64,000 nucleotides of DNA from Firmicutes bacterium UBA3930 (GCA_002385885.1 DGEI01000027.1:7530-71529); one strand, 5' to 3'; shown: positions 9,298 through 18,588, numbered from the stretch's first letter. Made by a program: numbers and translations. The notes: generated by a model not told the origin, from the sequence alone.

Positions 9298-11055
9298 ATG
9301 CAGATAAAAATAAACGGAGTCGTATCAGAGGTACAACCCGGAATGACCATACTTGAAGCTGCCAGGGAAATGGGAATTGATATCCCTACCCTTTGTTACC
9401 TTGAAGGTGTGCATGAAGCTGGCGCCTGCCGTGTATGCATTGTAGAGGTCAAAGGAGCCAGAACCCTGGTACCTGCTTGTATAACCGAAGCAGCAGATGG
9501 TATGGAAATCTTCACACATACTTCGAGGGTAAGGCGGGCCCGAAGGACGATAATAGAGCTTATGCTTTCCGATCATCCCGATGAATGCCTGACCTGCGGA
9601 AAGAACAATCAGTGTGAGCTGCAAAAACTGGCCAGAGCCATGAATATACAGGAAAGAAAGTATGAGGGCGAGTATTCCTCAAGGGTGATAGATGACGGGT
9701 CTCCGGCAGTGATCAGGGATTCGGGCAAATGTATACTTTGCCGCCGGTGCCTTAGCGTATGCAGTATGATACAGGATGTGAATGCCATAGCTCCTATTGG
9801 CCGGGGTTTTAAAACTGTTATTGCACCGGCAGGGAAGGAGCCTATAAACCAGTCACCTTGCGTACAGTGCGGCCAGTGCGTAAATGTATGCCCAACAGGG
9901 GCCATCATTGAAAAAAGTGATGTTATCAGGGTATGGGAGGCATTGGAAGATCCGCGGAAGCACGTTGTAGTACAGGTTGCCCCGGCGGTAAGGGTGGCAA
10001 TTGGAGAAGTTTTTGGTCTGGAACCCGGAACATCCGTTACCTGGAAAATGGTTTCTGCTCTAAAGAAACTTGGATTTGACAGGGTATTTGATACCAACTT
10101 TACGGCTGATTTAACAATCATGGAAGAGGGAAGCGAGCTTATACAAAGAATTAATGAAGGTGGCAGGCTGCCAATGATTACATCCTGCAGCCCGGGCTGG
10201 ATAAATTACATGGAATACTTCTTCCCGCAGCTTGTTGAACATCTGTCCACCTGCAAATCACCTCAGCAGATGTTTGGAGCCGTTATTAAGACTTACTATG
10301 CTGATAAGGCCGGAATACCGGCTGAGAACATATTTGCAGTATCGGTTATGCCCTGTACCGCTAAAAAATATGAGAGCCAGCGGCCGGAAATGTATTCAAG
10401 CGGATACCGGGATGTTGATGCTGTGCTGACCACCAGGGAGTTGGGAGCTATGCTTAAGGAAGCCGGAATTGACCTGTTATCATGCGGCGAAGAAACTTTT
10501 GATCAGCCGTTTGGAGCCGGCAGCGGCGCAGGGGCTATATTCGGGAACACCGGCGGTGTCATGGAGGCAGCTTTAAGAACGGTATATGAAATACTGACCG
10601 GTGATGAGCTTGATAATTTGAATTTCCATCAGGTAAGAGGGTTAACCGGAGTTAAAGAAACTAGTGTAAAAATAGGAGGCAGGGAGTTTTCGGTTGCAGT
10701 AGTGCATGGCCTTGGGAATATCAGAAAAATATTGGAAGATATTGATAAGGGAAGGAGCAGATATCATTTTATTGAAGTCATGTGTTGTCCCGGAGGATGT
10801 ATTGGGGGCGGCGGCCAGCCCATTTCAAAAGATCCCGGGATAAAGGAAAAGCGTATTGCAGGTTTGTATAGGGAGGATGAGGGGCTTCCTGTTCGAAAGT
10901 CCCATGAAAATCCTGCAGTACAGGAACTGTATCGGGAATTTTTGGGCCATCCCCTTGGACACAGATCCCATGAGCTGCTGCATACCCGATATAGAAACCG
11001 AAGGGAGCAGGAATATGAGAACCATTGGAAGACAGACAGTTTGTCCAAAGCTTAG
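9298..11055 (+). CDS. hydA: [FeFe] hydrogenase catalytic subunit (M3-type, HndD/HydA)
   Basis: N-terminal 2Fe-2S domain, an HxxxCxxC..C cluster and two CxxCxxCxxxCP motifs. H-cluster motifs are TSCSPGW (L1, atypical), MPCTAKKYE (L2) and EVMCCPGGCIGGGGQP (L3). GGGAGGG RBS. Confidence 0.9.
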   Translation: MQIKINGVVSEVQPGMTILEAAREMGIDIPTLCYLEGVHEAGACRVCIVEVKGARTLVPACITEAADGMEIFTHTSRVRRARRTIIELMLSDHPDECLTCGKNNQCELQKLARAMNIQERKYEGEYSSRVIDDGSPAVIRDSGKCILCRRCLSVCSMIQDVNAIAPIGRGFKTVIAPAGKEPINQSPCVQCGQCVNVCPTGAIIEKSDVIRVWEALEDPRKHVVVQVAPAVRVAIGEVFGLEPGTSVTWKMVSALKKLGFDRVFDTNFTADLTIMEEGSELIQRINEGGRLPMITSCSPGWINYMEYFFPQLVEHLSTCKSPQQMFGAVIKTYYADKAGIPAENIFAVSVMPCTAKKYESQRPEMYSSGYRDVDAVLTTRELGAMLKEAGIDLLSCGEETFDQPFGAGSGAGAIFGNTGGVMEAALRTVYEILTGDELDNLNFHQVRGLTGVKETSVKIGGREFSVAVVHGLGNIRKILEDIDKGRSRYHFIEVMCCPGGCIGGGGQPISKDPGIKEKRIAGLYREDEGLPVRKSHENPAVQELYREFLGHPLGHRSHELLHTRYRNRREQEYENHWKTDSLSKA

Positions 11056-11121
11056 CCGATATTGCTTTATAAGAATATAATAGAATCAGAAGAATTCAGT
11101 TTTATATTAAAAGCTGCGGCG

Positions 11122-11175
11122 ACAGACAGGCAGCATGGCATATCATGCATGGCCTGTCTGTTATTTTTCTGTTTA
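11122..11175 (+). terminator. Rho-independent terminator of the hydrogenase operon
   Basis: 10-bp stem ACAGACAGGC/GCCTGTCTGT (11122-11131/11152-11161) followed by TATTTTTCTGTTTATTT. Confidence 0.75.
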
Positions 11176-11358
11176 TTTCATTATAAAAATGGCATTGCCG
11201 ATATGCCTTTTCAGGCAGGAGCATGGCAATTTACCTTATAATGTTATATAATGATCTCAGGTTTGGATTTGCGTTTTTTGAAGGTTGGCGGGCATATATC
11301 ATTTTATATGGTTATATGCTTGACAGTTGGTTTATAACAAGAAAAGGAGGTTTTTAAT

Positions 11359-12240
11359 ATGCCGGAAAACCAATTGGAGTTAGTCATTGATGCTAAAGCC
11401 ACATTAGGTGAGGGACCATGTTGGGACAATGATAAGCAGCTGCTTTATTGGGTGGATATTATGGGGGGAAATGTACATATCTATAATCCCAAAACTGGAA
11501 ACAACCGGACCATTCATGTAGACGGGTATCCCGGTACGGTAGTTCCAAGAGAGTCAGGTGGCCTGGTTGTGGCTATGAATCAGGGATTTTATGCGTTGGA
11601 TTTGGCTGCAGAAGAGCTTACTCTTCTGGTTAAGGCTGAGAACGAGCCGGACACCAACCGGTTTAATGACGGAAAATGTGATGCTTCCGGCAGATTCTGG
11701 GCAGGAACCATGCCTATGAGGAGCTCAGAACCTGCAGGCAACCTTTATTTTCTGGACCACGGTTTGAATGTTACACATGTATTGGATGGTATTTCCTGCT
11801 CTAACGGTATTGCATGGACCGGGGACAATAAAACCATGTACTACATAGATACGCCTACCAGGCAGGTTGTTGCCTTTGATTTTGATCTGTCTGCCGGAAA
11901 AATAAAGAACAAGAGAGCCGTGGTGACAATTCCTCCCGGAGAAGGGTCACCCGATGGGATGACTATTGATTCTGAAGGTATGATATGGGTTGCCCAGTGG
12001 GGCGGCAGCAAGGTGTCACGATGGAATCCGCAAAACGGTGAAAGACTGGAGATCATCCCGGTTCCGGCAGAGCGGGTTACTTCCTGTACTTTTGGGGGGG
12101 AAAACCTTGACGAATTATACATAACAACAGCCCGCATCGGTTTGAGTAATGAAGAGCTTCAACAACAGCCTTATGCAGGAGGAGTATTCAGGATTAAGGT
12201 TGGTGTGAAGGGAACAAAGAGTTATTCTTTCAGAGGGTAA
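11359..12240 (+). CDS. SMP-30/gluconolactonase/LRE-family protein
   Basis: 293 aa with a regucalcin-like repeat pattern (GEGPCWD, NDGKCD, PDGMTID, ITTA). AAGGAGG RBS. Confidence 0.8.
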   Translation: MPENQLELVIDAKATLGEGPCWDNDKQLLYWVDIMGGNVHIYNPKTGNNRTIHVDGYPGTVVPRESGGLVVAMNQGFYALDLAAEELTLLVKAENEPDTNRFNDGKCDASGRFWAGTMPMRSSEPAGNLYFLDHGLNVTHVLDGISCSNGIAWTGDNKTMYYIDTPTRQVVAFDFDLSAGKIKNKRAVVTIPPGEGSPDGMTIDSEGMIWVAQWGGSKVSRWNPQNGERLEIIPVPAERVTSCTFGGENLDELYITTARIGLSNEELQQQPYAGGVFRIKVGVKGTKSYSFRG

Positions 12241-12313
12241 TCTGTGATCGCAGCGGTAAAGCTTAATAAGTATTATTAAATCAAAAACCCGATGGATTTT
12301 CTTATAGGAGAGT

Positions 12314-12346
12314 AAAAGGCTGAAACTGTTCAGCCTTTTGTTTATT
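12314..12346 (+). terminator. Rho-independent terminator
   Basis: Stem GGCTGAA/TTCAGCC with a 4-nt loop, flanked by an A-run and by TTTTGTTTATT. Confidence 0.75.
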
Positions 12347-12473
12347 CTGAAGTGCATGTATATGCTTGTTTAAAGCTGCCGTTTATTCAGAAAATGGCAG
12401 AGTATAAACCTACAAAAATTGGGGAATTATTGAAGTAAAGCATTATCGTCAATAATAGGGGAGTTTTTGTTGT

Positions 12474-12737
12474 ATGAAAATTGATGAATTGTTGAAGGTA
12501 TATACAATAGAAGGAAATGAAAAACTGGATAAACAATATACCGGAACCCGGAAAGCCATTATGGAGCTTGCCGGAGACAAGGTGCGGGAATTTATCGTGA
12601 CGGCTGATGTGGGCTTGGATGCGGAAAGCAGAAATATTTTGGTATGTGTAATCTCCCGGAGCATGATGCAGAGTTTTTCACTGGGATACGGCATAGGCAA
12701 AATTGAGGGTAAGACCGACAGGCAGATATACTTGTAG
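12474..12737 (+). CDS. Hypothetical small protein (87 aa)
   Basis: ORF with an AGGGGAG RBS about 10 nt upstream. I recognise no motif. The overlapping minus-strand ORF has a junk-like composition. Confidence 0.4.
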   Translation: MKIDELLKVYTIEGNEKLDKQYTGTRKAIMELAGDKVREFIVTADVGLDAESRNILVCVISRSMMQSFSLGYGIGKIEGKTDRQIYL

Positions 12738-12903
12738 AAATATGGCGAATTATCACGAAAATATAAGCCGGTTGTATGGACATTCATCATCCGAAAAGGT
12801 ATAATTAAAATGAAGCTGTACGGAAAAATGCTTGCAATTGGTTAATTCTTGATATAAGTCAACTCTGTTATGGCAAAATCGGGGTTTGGGGGCAGGTTAG
12901 TAT

Positions 12904-13035
12904 ATGAAGGGCAGCACCTCAAAGCTGTTAAAAAGAGAGATTATAATCCTACTCTGCATAGTACTGGTTTCCATAATATTGTACTATATATTTTCATGCT
13001 GCACATATAAGGTATTTTTGCCGGATTTTTTTTAA
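12904..13035 (+). other. 43-codon ORF encoding a TM helix; probable detached N-terminus of the downstream PP2C sensor
   Basis: Encodes MKGSTSKLLKREIIILLCIVLVSIILYYIFSCCTYKVFLPDFF and stops inside the T8 run at 13026-13033. One extra T would fuse it in frame to the 13071 ORF. Confidence 0.55.
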
Positions 13036-13070
13036 CATGGCATTTATTTTTAGAATTTTCCAGCATTGTT

Positions 13071-14585
13071 ATGTCATTTTCGGTTTTTGCTATTACATAT
13101 TATACATACGAGGAGTCCAACCGGTTAAGGTCCATAATAATAGCCTGCACCTTTTTAGCCGTTTCACTGCTGGATCTGTTTCATATCTTTTCCTATAAGG
13201 GGATGCCGGTTTTTTTGACGGAAGCATCACCAGACAAGGCAACTGCATTTTGGATCCTTGCCCGTTTGACAATGAGCATAGGGTTGTTTATTGCCACTCT
13301 GATACCATGTGAGAAAAAGGTAAAACGCAGTCAGCAGGGGTTATGGGCAGTGATGACGATAATCTATTCAGTTTACTGGCTTCTGTCGGTAAGCTACCAT
13401 ATTGACTTATTCCCACCCTTGTTTATAGAGGGCCAGGGTTTGACCCCTCTTAAAATATATCTTGAATATTCTGTAGTATTCATACAGGTTATAACCGCTG
13501 CTCTGTTTTTTGTTGCTTTTATTAAAGGTGATTGCGAAGATATCGGACATATCCATGTTGTAAGAGCTCTTGTATTCAGTATTTTCAGTGAGATAGCTTT
13601 TACCCGTTATAATAATGTCTATGACACATATAATTACCTCGGCCATCTTTATAAGATTGTTGCTTATTATATACTATTCAGGGCATTATTTGTACAAAAC
13701 GTGCAAAAGCCCTATCAGGATCTTCGCACTGCTGAGAGGAAGCTTAGTGTTTATGTAGATAACCTGGAGCAGCTGGTGGCTATAAGAACAGATGAAATAA
13801 CCCAGGCAAACAGGAGTTTGATGAGAAACCTGGATTATGCAAAGAATATTCTTCTTGCCCTTCTTCCTGCCAGTTTTCCTGTTATAAAGGGTACGGAGTT
13901 TGCGGCCAAGTATATGCCGTGTGAAAAGGTGGGGGGCGACTTTTATAACGTGTTCAGGCTGGACGAGCAAAATGTTGGAATTCTTATTGGAGATGTAGCC
14001 GGACATGGTGTTTCGGCTGCCATGATCAATGTATTCATTAATCAGAATATATTCTTTAAAAAGGAATACGATGATGGGAGGCAACAGATATTTACTCCCA
14101 GGGGCGTTCTGATGAACTGTTATCACAAGTATAACGAGATGCCTTTTCCCGAAGAGGTTTACGTTGTCATGTTATATGGAATATATAATGTGATCACCGG
14201 CGAATTTACATACGCATCGGCAGGAATGAATACCAGTCCGCTGATCTTAAAGGCAGATGGCCGGGTAGCTGTTCTGGAAACAGACGGATTTCCCATATGC
14301 AAATTCGGATCACACTACAAACCGTCCTATCAGAGCAGGACAGCGCATTTAAGCCCCGGCGACGCCCTTATACTATACACTGATGGGCTTATCGAAATTG
14401 ATCCGAGAAAACCTGACCGGTTTTCCCGGGAACAGCTTGTACAGTTTATAACGGGTCTTAAGGATATTACTGCCCAGGAAATATGCGATGAAATCAGTGA
14501 TGCATACCATGCATTACGTGAGGACCAGGAAATGACAGATGATGTAACAATTCTGGTTGTTAAGGCAGGTAATGCCAATGTATAA
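13071..14585 (+). CDS. Membrane sensor (MASE3-like multi-TM domain) fused to PP2C/SpoIIE-type serine phosphatase
   Basis: The N-terminal half has many TM helices and a LLDLFHIFSYKGMPVF-type motif. The C-terminal half has GGDFY, GDVAGHGVSAAM, LYTDGL and DDVTILV. The conserved helix HLFLEFSSIV lies in frame upstream of the annotated ATG, so the true start is upstream. Confidence 0.85.
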   Translation: MSFSVFAITYYTYEESNRLRSIIIACTFLAVSLLDLFHIFSYKGMPVFLTEASPDKATAFWILARLTMSIGLFIATLIPCEKKVKRSQQGLWAVMTIIYSVYWLLSVSYHIDLFPPLFIEGQGLTPLKIYLEYSVVFIQVITAALFFVAFIKGDCEDIGHIHVVRALVFSIFSEIAFTRYNNVYDTYNYLGHLYKIVAYYILFRALFVQNVQKPYQDLRTAERKLSVYVDNLEQLVAIRTDEITQANRSLMRNLDYAKNILLALLPASFPVIKGTEFAAKYMPCEKVGGDFYNVFRLDEQNVGILIGDVAGHGVSAAMINVFINQNIFFKKEYDDGRQQIFTPRGVLMNCYHKYNEMPFPEEVYVVMLYGIYNVITGEFTYASAGMNTSPLILKADGRVAVLETDGFPICKFGSHYKPSYQSRTAHLSPGDALILYTDGLIEIDPRKPDRFSREQLVQFITGLKDITAQEICDEISDAYHALREDQEMTDDVTILVVKAGNANV

Positions 14586-14711
14586 TCCGATTGTGAGAAC
14601 CTGACCGCAGGGGAATATAGCCTGAGCGAGAGGGGGGAACGGTTTATAGAGGCATGATTATGCTGCAGTGAAACGTTTGTAAAAACACAAGGGTTGATGG
14701 AGGTATAAGTT

Positions 14712-14972
14712 TTGGAAAAGAGACTTGGAGTTATAGGGATTGTGGTTGACTGCCCGGATGAGACCGGTACTCAGGTAAGTAAATATATAAGTGAGTTTTC
14801 TTCTATAATTGTAGGGCGTATGGGCATTCCTTACCGCCAAAGAGGCGTGTCGGTGATTGCTCTTATAGTGGAAGGCACTACCGATGAGATAGGCGCTCTT
14901 ACCGGTAAGTTGGGAAACCTGGACGGAGTTACCGTCAAGAGTGCATTAACATCAAAAAAATTTATTGAGTAG
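14712..14972 (+). CDS. TM1266-family putative iron-only hydrogenase system regulator (small ACT/NikR-C-like protein)
   Basis: 86 aa with a TTG start 9 nt after GGAGG. The motif DEIGALTGKLGNLDGVTVK is characteristic of this family as I recall it. Confidence 0.75.
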   Translation: MEKRLGVIGIVVDCPDETGTQVSKYISEFSSIIVGRMGIPYRQRGVSVIALIVEGTTDEIGALTGKLGNLDGVTVKSALTSKKFIE

Positions 14973-14987
14973 GGAGACGATGATATT

Positions 14988-15521
14988 ATGAACAAGACTG
15001 TTATTTTTATTGCCAGGACTGCTATTCTATTGGCTCTGGCTGTGCTGTTTCAGTCGTTAAGGCTGTTTATTCCCATTCCTGCTGCAGTTGACCAGTATTT
15101 GGTTGGTTCCCTGGTTAATATGTGCCTGGTTGTTGCAGCGGTGATAGTTGGCATTCAGGGTGGATTAATAGTTGCTGTTCTGACGCCGGTTATTGCTTTT
15201 TTACAGAATGTGCTGGCAAACCCTGTTTTAGTTCCTTTTGTGGCGTTGGGAAATGCGGCAATTGTGGTAGTAGCAGCGCTGCTGTACAAAAGGAATAAAT
15301 ATGTTTCAATAATACTTGGCGCATTATCCAAATTCATAGTGCTGTATATCACGGTAGTGCACATTGCTATACCTGTTTTGCTTGGAAATATGCCGCCGCA
15401 GATGAAAGAGCTGATGTCTTTGAGGTTTAGCTGGCCGCAGCTGGTAACAGCCCTGGTAGGAAGCTGGTTGGCAGTGATGGTATTGCCATTGCTGAAAAGG
15501 GCATTGAAACCTTTATCGTAA
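14988..15521 (+). CDS. Integral membrane protein, ECF-transporter S-component-like
   Basis: 177 aa with about 5-6 hydrophobic helices. Size and pattern fit an S component; the substrate is unknown. Confidence 0.55.
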   Translation: MNKTVIFIARTAILLALAVLFQSLRLFIPIPAAVDQYLVGSLVNMCLVVAAVIVGIQGGLIVAVLTPVIAFLQNVLANPVLVPFVALGNAAIVVVAALLYKRNKYVSIILGALSKFIVLYITVVHIAIPVLLGNMPPQMKELMSLRFSWPQLVTALVGSWLAVMVLPLLKRALKPLS

Positions 15522-15561
15522 GCTGCTTTATATTCGTTGTGCCGGGATTGATAAGGAAGAC

Positions 15562-15595
15562 AAAGGGCCTGGATTAACAGGCCCTTTATCTTTCC
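15562..15595. terminator. Bidirectional terminator between convergent genes
   Basis: 10-bp stem AAAGGGCCTG/CAGGCCCTTT with a 6-nt loop and A/T runs on both sides. Confidence 0.75.
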
Positions 15596-15607
15596 GGTCT
15601 CTTGCTG

Positions 15608-16636
15608 TTAGTCAGAAGCTTGTGACAACAATTTCAACAGTCTGAGTATCATCTCCAGGGATTGATCCTGGTTCTGGCTGTCCGGAGATTCCCGATTGCT
15701 ATCATTGCTTTTTCCTTTCGCTTCATCATATGCCAGGTTTTTTTCGTATTGAGTGGTGCCATCGTTTATGATGTCTTCCCCGCTTTTCTCTTTATTTGCA
15801 TGATGGTTAGGATCTTCCCGGACATTATGCTCTGCAGTATCCATGTCAGAGCCATTACCTTTTATTGCTTCACTAAAATCCATTACTTGAGCGATCTGCA
15901 GGAGTTTCTGCATCCTTTCGATTCTGTTTTGCTGCTGTTGGGGTATAATCGGCTTAATAATCTTTATAATCTCGTTCATTTGCTCGATTGGATTGGGTTT
16001 CTCTCCATCCGACAGTTCTAGGTTATTTGAATAAATTTTATAATTATTGCCCAGCCTTTCCAGAGATTCATATATCTGAATGGTTTTTTCAACGGCTGTG
16101 CGTCTGTTTTCGGGAATATAGTCTGACAATGCCTTTATTATTCCCAGGCCCTTATCATCATGCCGGGCAGGCACCGGTGTTTGCTGCATGCGGTAAATCT
16201 GATAGTTTCCATCGCTTATTCCCTTCAATATATATATGACTTCCAGCATTCCTATAATGGAATATACTGCTTCCTGTTCCGGCGTGTCGAGATAAGGGCT
16301 CACGGCAATGAGCATATCATGTATTTCGTACTTGGATATTGTCTGTTCAATGGAACGGTAAATATCATTAAGGCTTCCTATTTTCTGTTTTGTATGTACC
16401 TCGGGCAGGATAATACTTATTACAGCAAACAGCAAAAATAGCGAAAGCGGGTCATTGTGGGCAGACAGGAAACCGGGAATCTTTCTTTCAACAGTTGTGG
16501 TGCCGGGAGTTAGCTGGGAAACCTGTTGTGACAAATCGAATACAGCCCGGGGTTCCCGGCTTTCGTTTTTTTCAGGGTCATGACTGTAATATGTTGTGTC
16601 CAGAGGTATTGGTGTTATAGGCTGTTGGAATGTCAT
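15608..16636 (-). CDS. Hypothetical protein with one TM segment and low-complexity C-terminus
   Basis: 342-aa ORF with an AAGGAGG RBS 7 nt upstream. No motif recognised. Confidence 0.7.
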   Translation of the reverse strand: MTFQQPITPIPLDTTYYSHDPEKNESREPRAVFDLSQQVSQLTPGTTTVERKIPGFLSAHNDPLSLFLLFAVISIILPEVHTKQKIGSLNDIYRSIEQTISKYEIHDMLIAVSPYLDTPEQEAVYSIIGMLEVIYILKGISDGNYQIYRMQQTPVPARHDDKGLGIIKALSDYIPENRRTAVEKTIQIYESLERLGNNYKIYSNNLELSDGEKPNPIEQMNEIIKIIKPIIPQQQQNRIERMQKLLQIAQVMDFSEAIKGNGSDMDTAEHNVREDPNHHANKEKSGEDIINDGTTQYEKNLAYDEAKGKSNDSNRESPDSQNQDQSLEMILRLLKLLSQASD

Positions 16637-16953
16637 AGAATTCCTCCTTAATTATATGAAGTTCATGTCACGCAAGTCAGTACAAGAAATATAAAATAGA
16701 AAAACAGATGATTCAATTCAAAACGCACATTCCATATAAGGCTTAATATCATAAAGAAGAACAGTACGTTTGTACCATTAAACATATCAGTTGGTTTGGC
16801 AAAAAGCATAAATGGCTCACCATCCTATATGGTTTCTCTACCCATATTATGCGGTTAAACCAAAAGTGTGCACGAAAACATCCAAAAGGTGTCAGATTTC
16901 CGTTTCCTGAATAATATGTAATAAGACCATATTGTTTTGGAGGGATGGCGCTA

Positions 16954-17181
16954 ATGGATATAGGAAGCCAGGACATTAAAAGACTGATGCAAGCCTTTCA
17001 GAGTGTACAGGGAAAATCGGAGGATGAGCTGATACGGGAATTGGTGGATATGATCAAATCGGGAAAGGGGGGACTTACACCCAGAAAAGCCGAAAGCATA
17101 ATAAAAGCAGTGGAACAAATGGTGAACCCGAAGCAAAGGAGAATTCTTGATAAGCTGCTTAGGGAACTGCATAAACGGTAA
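16954..17181 (+). CDS. Hypothetical small helical protein (75 aa)
   Basis: GGAGGG RBS 9 nt upstream of the second ATG. Charged, helical composition. Confidence 0.5.
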   Translation: MDIGSQDIKRLMQAFQSVQGKSEDELIRELVDMIKSGKGGLTPRKAESIIKAVEQMVNPKQRRILDKLLRELHKR

Positions 17182-17261
17182 ACGAATTTTCCTAAACCCT
17201 TAACAACTTGCCTTGAGCATACATAGAATGTATCAGGCGCAAGCTGAAGGGGGGGAATTTT

Positions 17262-18512
17262 TTGAATATTCTGTTTGGAATGATGCTGTTCCCGATTTTA
17301 GGCAGAATTGCTAAGGGAGAAGGAAAGATAGATCAAAGACTAATCAAAAAAACCCAGACTTTAAACTCAACGAGTAAGCTTTCAGCTATCATTTTCTCCA
17401 AGGAAAAGCAGGGTACAATATGCAAGGAATGCCTGAAGGAAATGGGGGTTACCATTGTACATGAATTTCCATTTATCAATGCTTATGCGGTTGAGGTTCC
17501 CGGCTCCATGCTGGAGAAGGTAGCTAAAATAGAATCAATTAAGTATATTTCTGATGATATTGAAACGAGTTCTCTTTTAGATATAGCCACCCAAGGGGTT
17601 GGTGCAAGAACTGCAAATAAAATGGGCTATACCGGTAAAGGAATAGGTATTGCGGTGCTGGATACCGGAATATATCCACATCCGGATCTGATAAGGCCAA
17701 GAAACAGGATTACGGCATTTAAAGATTTTGTAAACCAGAAAGATGGGCCTTATGATGATAACGGGCATGGAACATTTGTTGCCGGGGTGGCTGCCGGTAA
17801 CGGATATTCATCAGGCGGTAAATACGCAGGTGTTGCACCGGAAGCCAGTATAATCGGGGTTAAGGTAATGAACAAAAATGGGGAAGGTAACGCGTCAAAA
17901 ATAGTTGCAGGCATGCAGTGGGTACTGGATCACAGGTATGATTATAACATAAGGATTGCATGTCTTTCCCTGGGTTCCCTGTCATCAGGTTCTCTGGCTA
18001 ACGATCCTCTTGTGGTGGCTTCCAGTGCACTATGGAAACAGGGAATTTTTGTAACGGCTGCGGCAGGAAATGCAGGACCTAAACAGGGAACAATTACAAC
18101 ACCCGGTGTATGTCCCAGTATAGTGACAGTCGGTGCTGTGGACGACAAGCGAACTGCAGATCCAAGCGATGATGTGGTTGCAGAATTTTCGAGCCGGGGA
18201 CCGGCACGGGGAAGAGTGGCAAAACCGGATGTGGTGGCTCCGGGGGTAGGCGTAATATCACTAAACACTGATCGCGATTATATCAGTGGTCTGAGGCTTT
18301 ATTCCCTGGAGAGAGCATACGCCACAATGTCCGGAACATCGGTGGCAGCTCCTGTAGTAGCCGGGATAGCAGCCCTGATACTGGAGAAGCATCCGGATTA
18401 TAAGCCTGATGATATAAAAAAGCTGCTGCAAAAATATGCGCGAAACATAGATGGCAATATATATGCCCAGGGAAAAGGGCTGGTTGACTTAGAAAGAATA
18501 CTGAAAGTATAA
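17262..18512 (+). CDS. S8-family subtilisin-like serine peptidase with I9-like propeptide
   Basis: Catalytic triad motifs VLDTGI (Asp), HGTFVAG (His) and GTSVAAP (Ser). TTG start after a G-rich RBS. Confidence 0.85.
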   Translation: MNILFGMMLFPILGRIAKGEGKIDQRLIKKTQTLNSTSKLSAIIFSKEKQGTICKECLKEMGVTIVHEFPFINAYAVEVPGSMLEKVAKIESIKYISDDIETSSLLDIATQGVGARTANKMGYTGKGIGIAVLDTGIYPHPDLIRPRNRITAFKDFVNQKDGPYDDNGHGTFVAGVAAGNGYSSGGKYAGVAPEASIIGVKVMNKNGEGNASKIVAGMQWVLDHRYDYNIRIACLSLGSLSSGSLANDPLVVASSALWKQGIFVTAAAGNAGPKQGTITTPGVCPSIVTVGAVDDKRTADPSDDVVAEFSSRGPARGRVAKPDVVAPGVGVISLNTDRDYISGLRLYSLERAYATMSGTSVAAPVVAGIAALILEKHPDYKPDDIKKLLQKYARNIDGNIYAQGKGLVDLERILKV

Positions 18513-18542
18513 TATTGTGTAATGCCCTATATGGATAGAGAA

Positions 18543-18588
18543 AGAAACCATGCATAAAACATACGGAGATGCAGGGTTTCTTTTTTTA
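18543..18588 (+). terminator. Rho-independent terminator
   Basis: 13-bp stem with one mismatch (AGAAACCATGCAT/ATGCAGGGTTTCT) followed by a T7 run. Confidence 0.75.

Noticed and set aside
12449-12790. A 113-aa minus-strand ORF overlapping the 87-aa plus-strand ORF.
   Set aside because: It has no RBS and an implausible composition. The plus-strand ORF at least has an AGGGGAG RBS, although that ORF is itself only a low-confidence call.
14586-14711. A possible TPP (THI-box) riboswitch upstream of the TM1266-like gene and the ECF S-component gene (UGAGAACCUGACCGCAGGGGAA).
   Set aside because: Only the short UGAGA and ACCUGA words are present. The P3 and P5 helices and the CGNAGGGA context of the THI-box are missing, so there is not enough to call a riboswitch.
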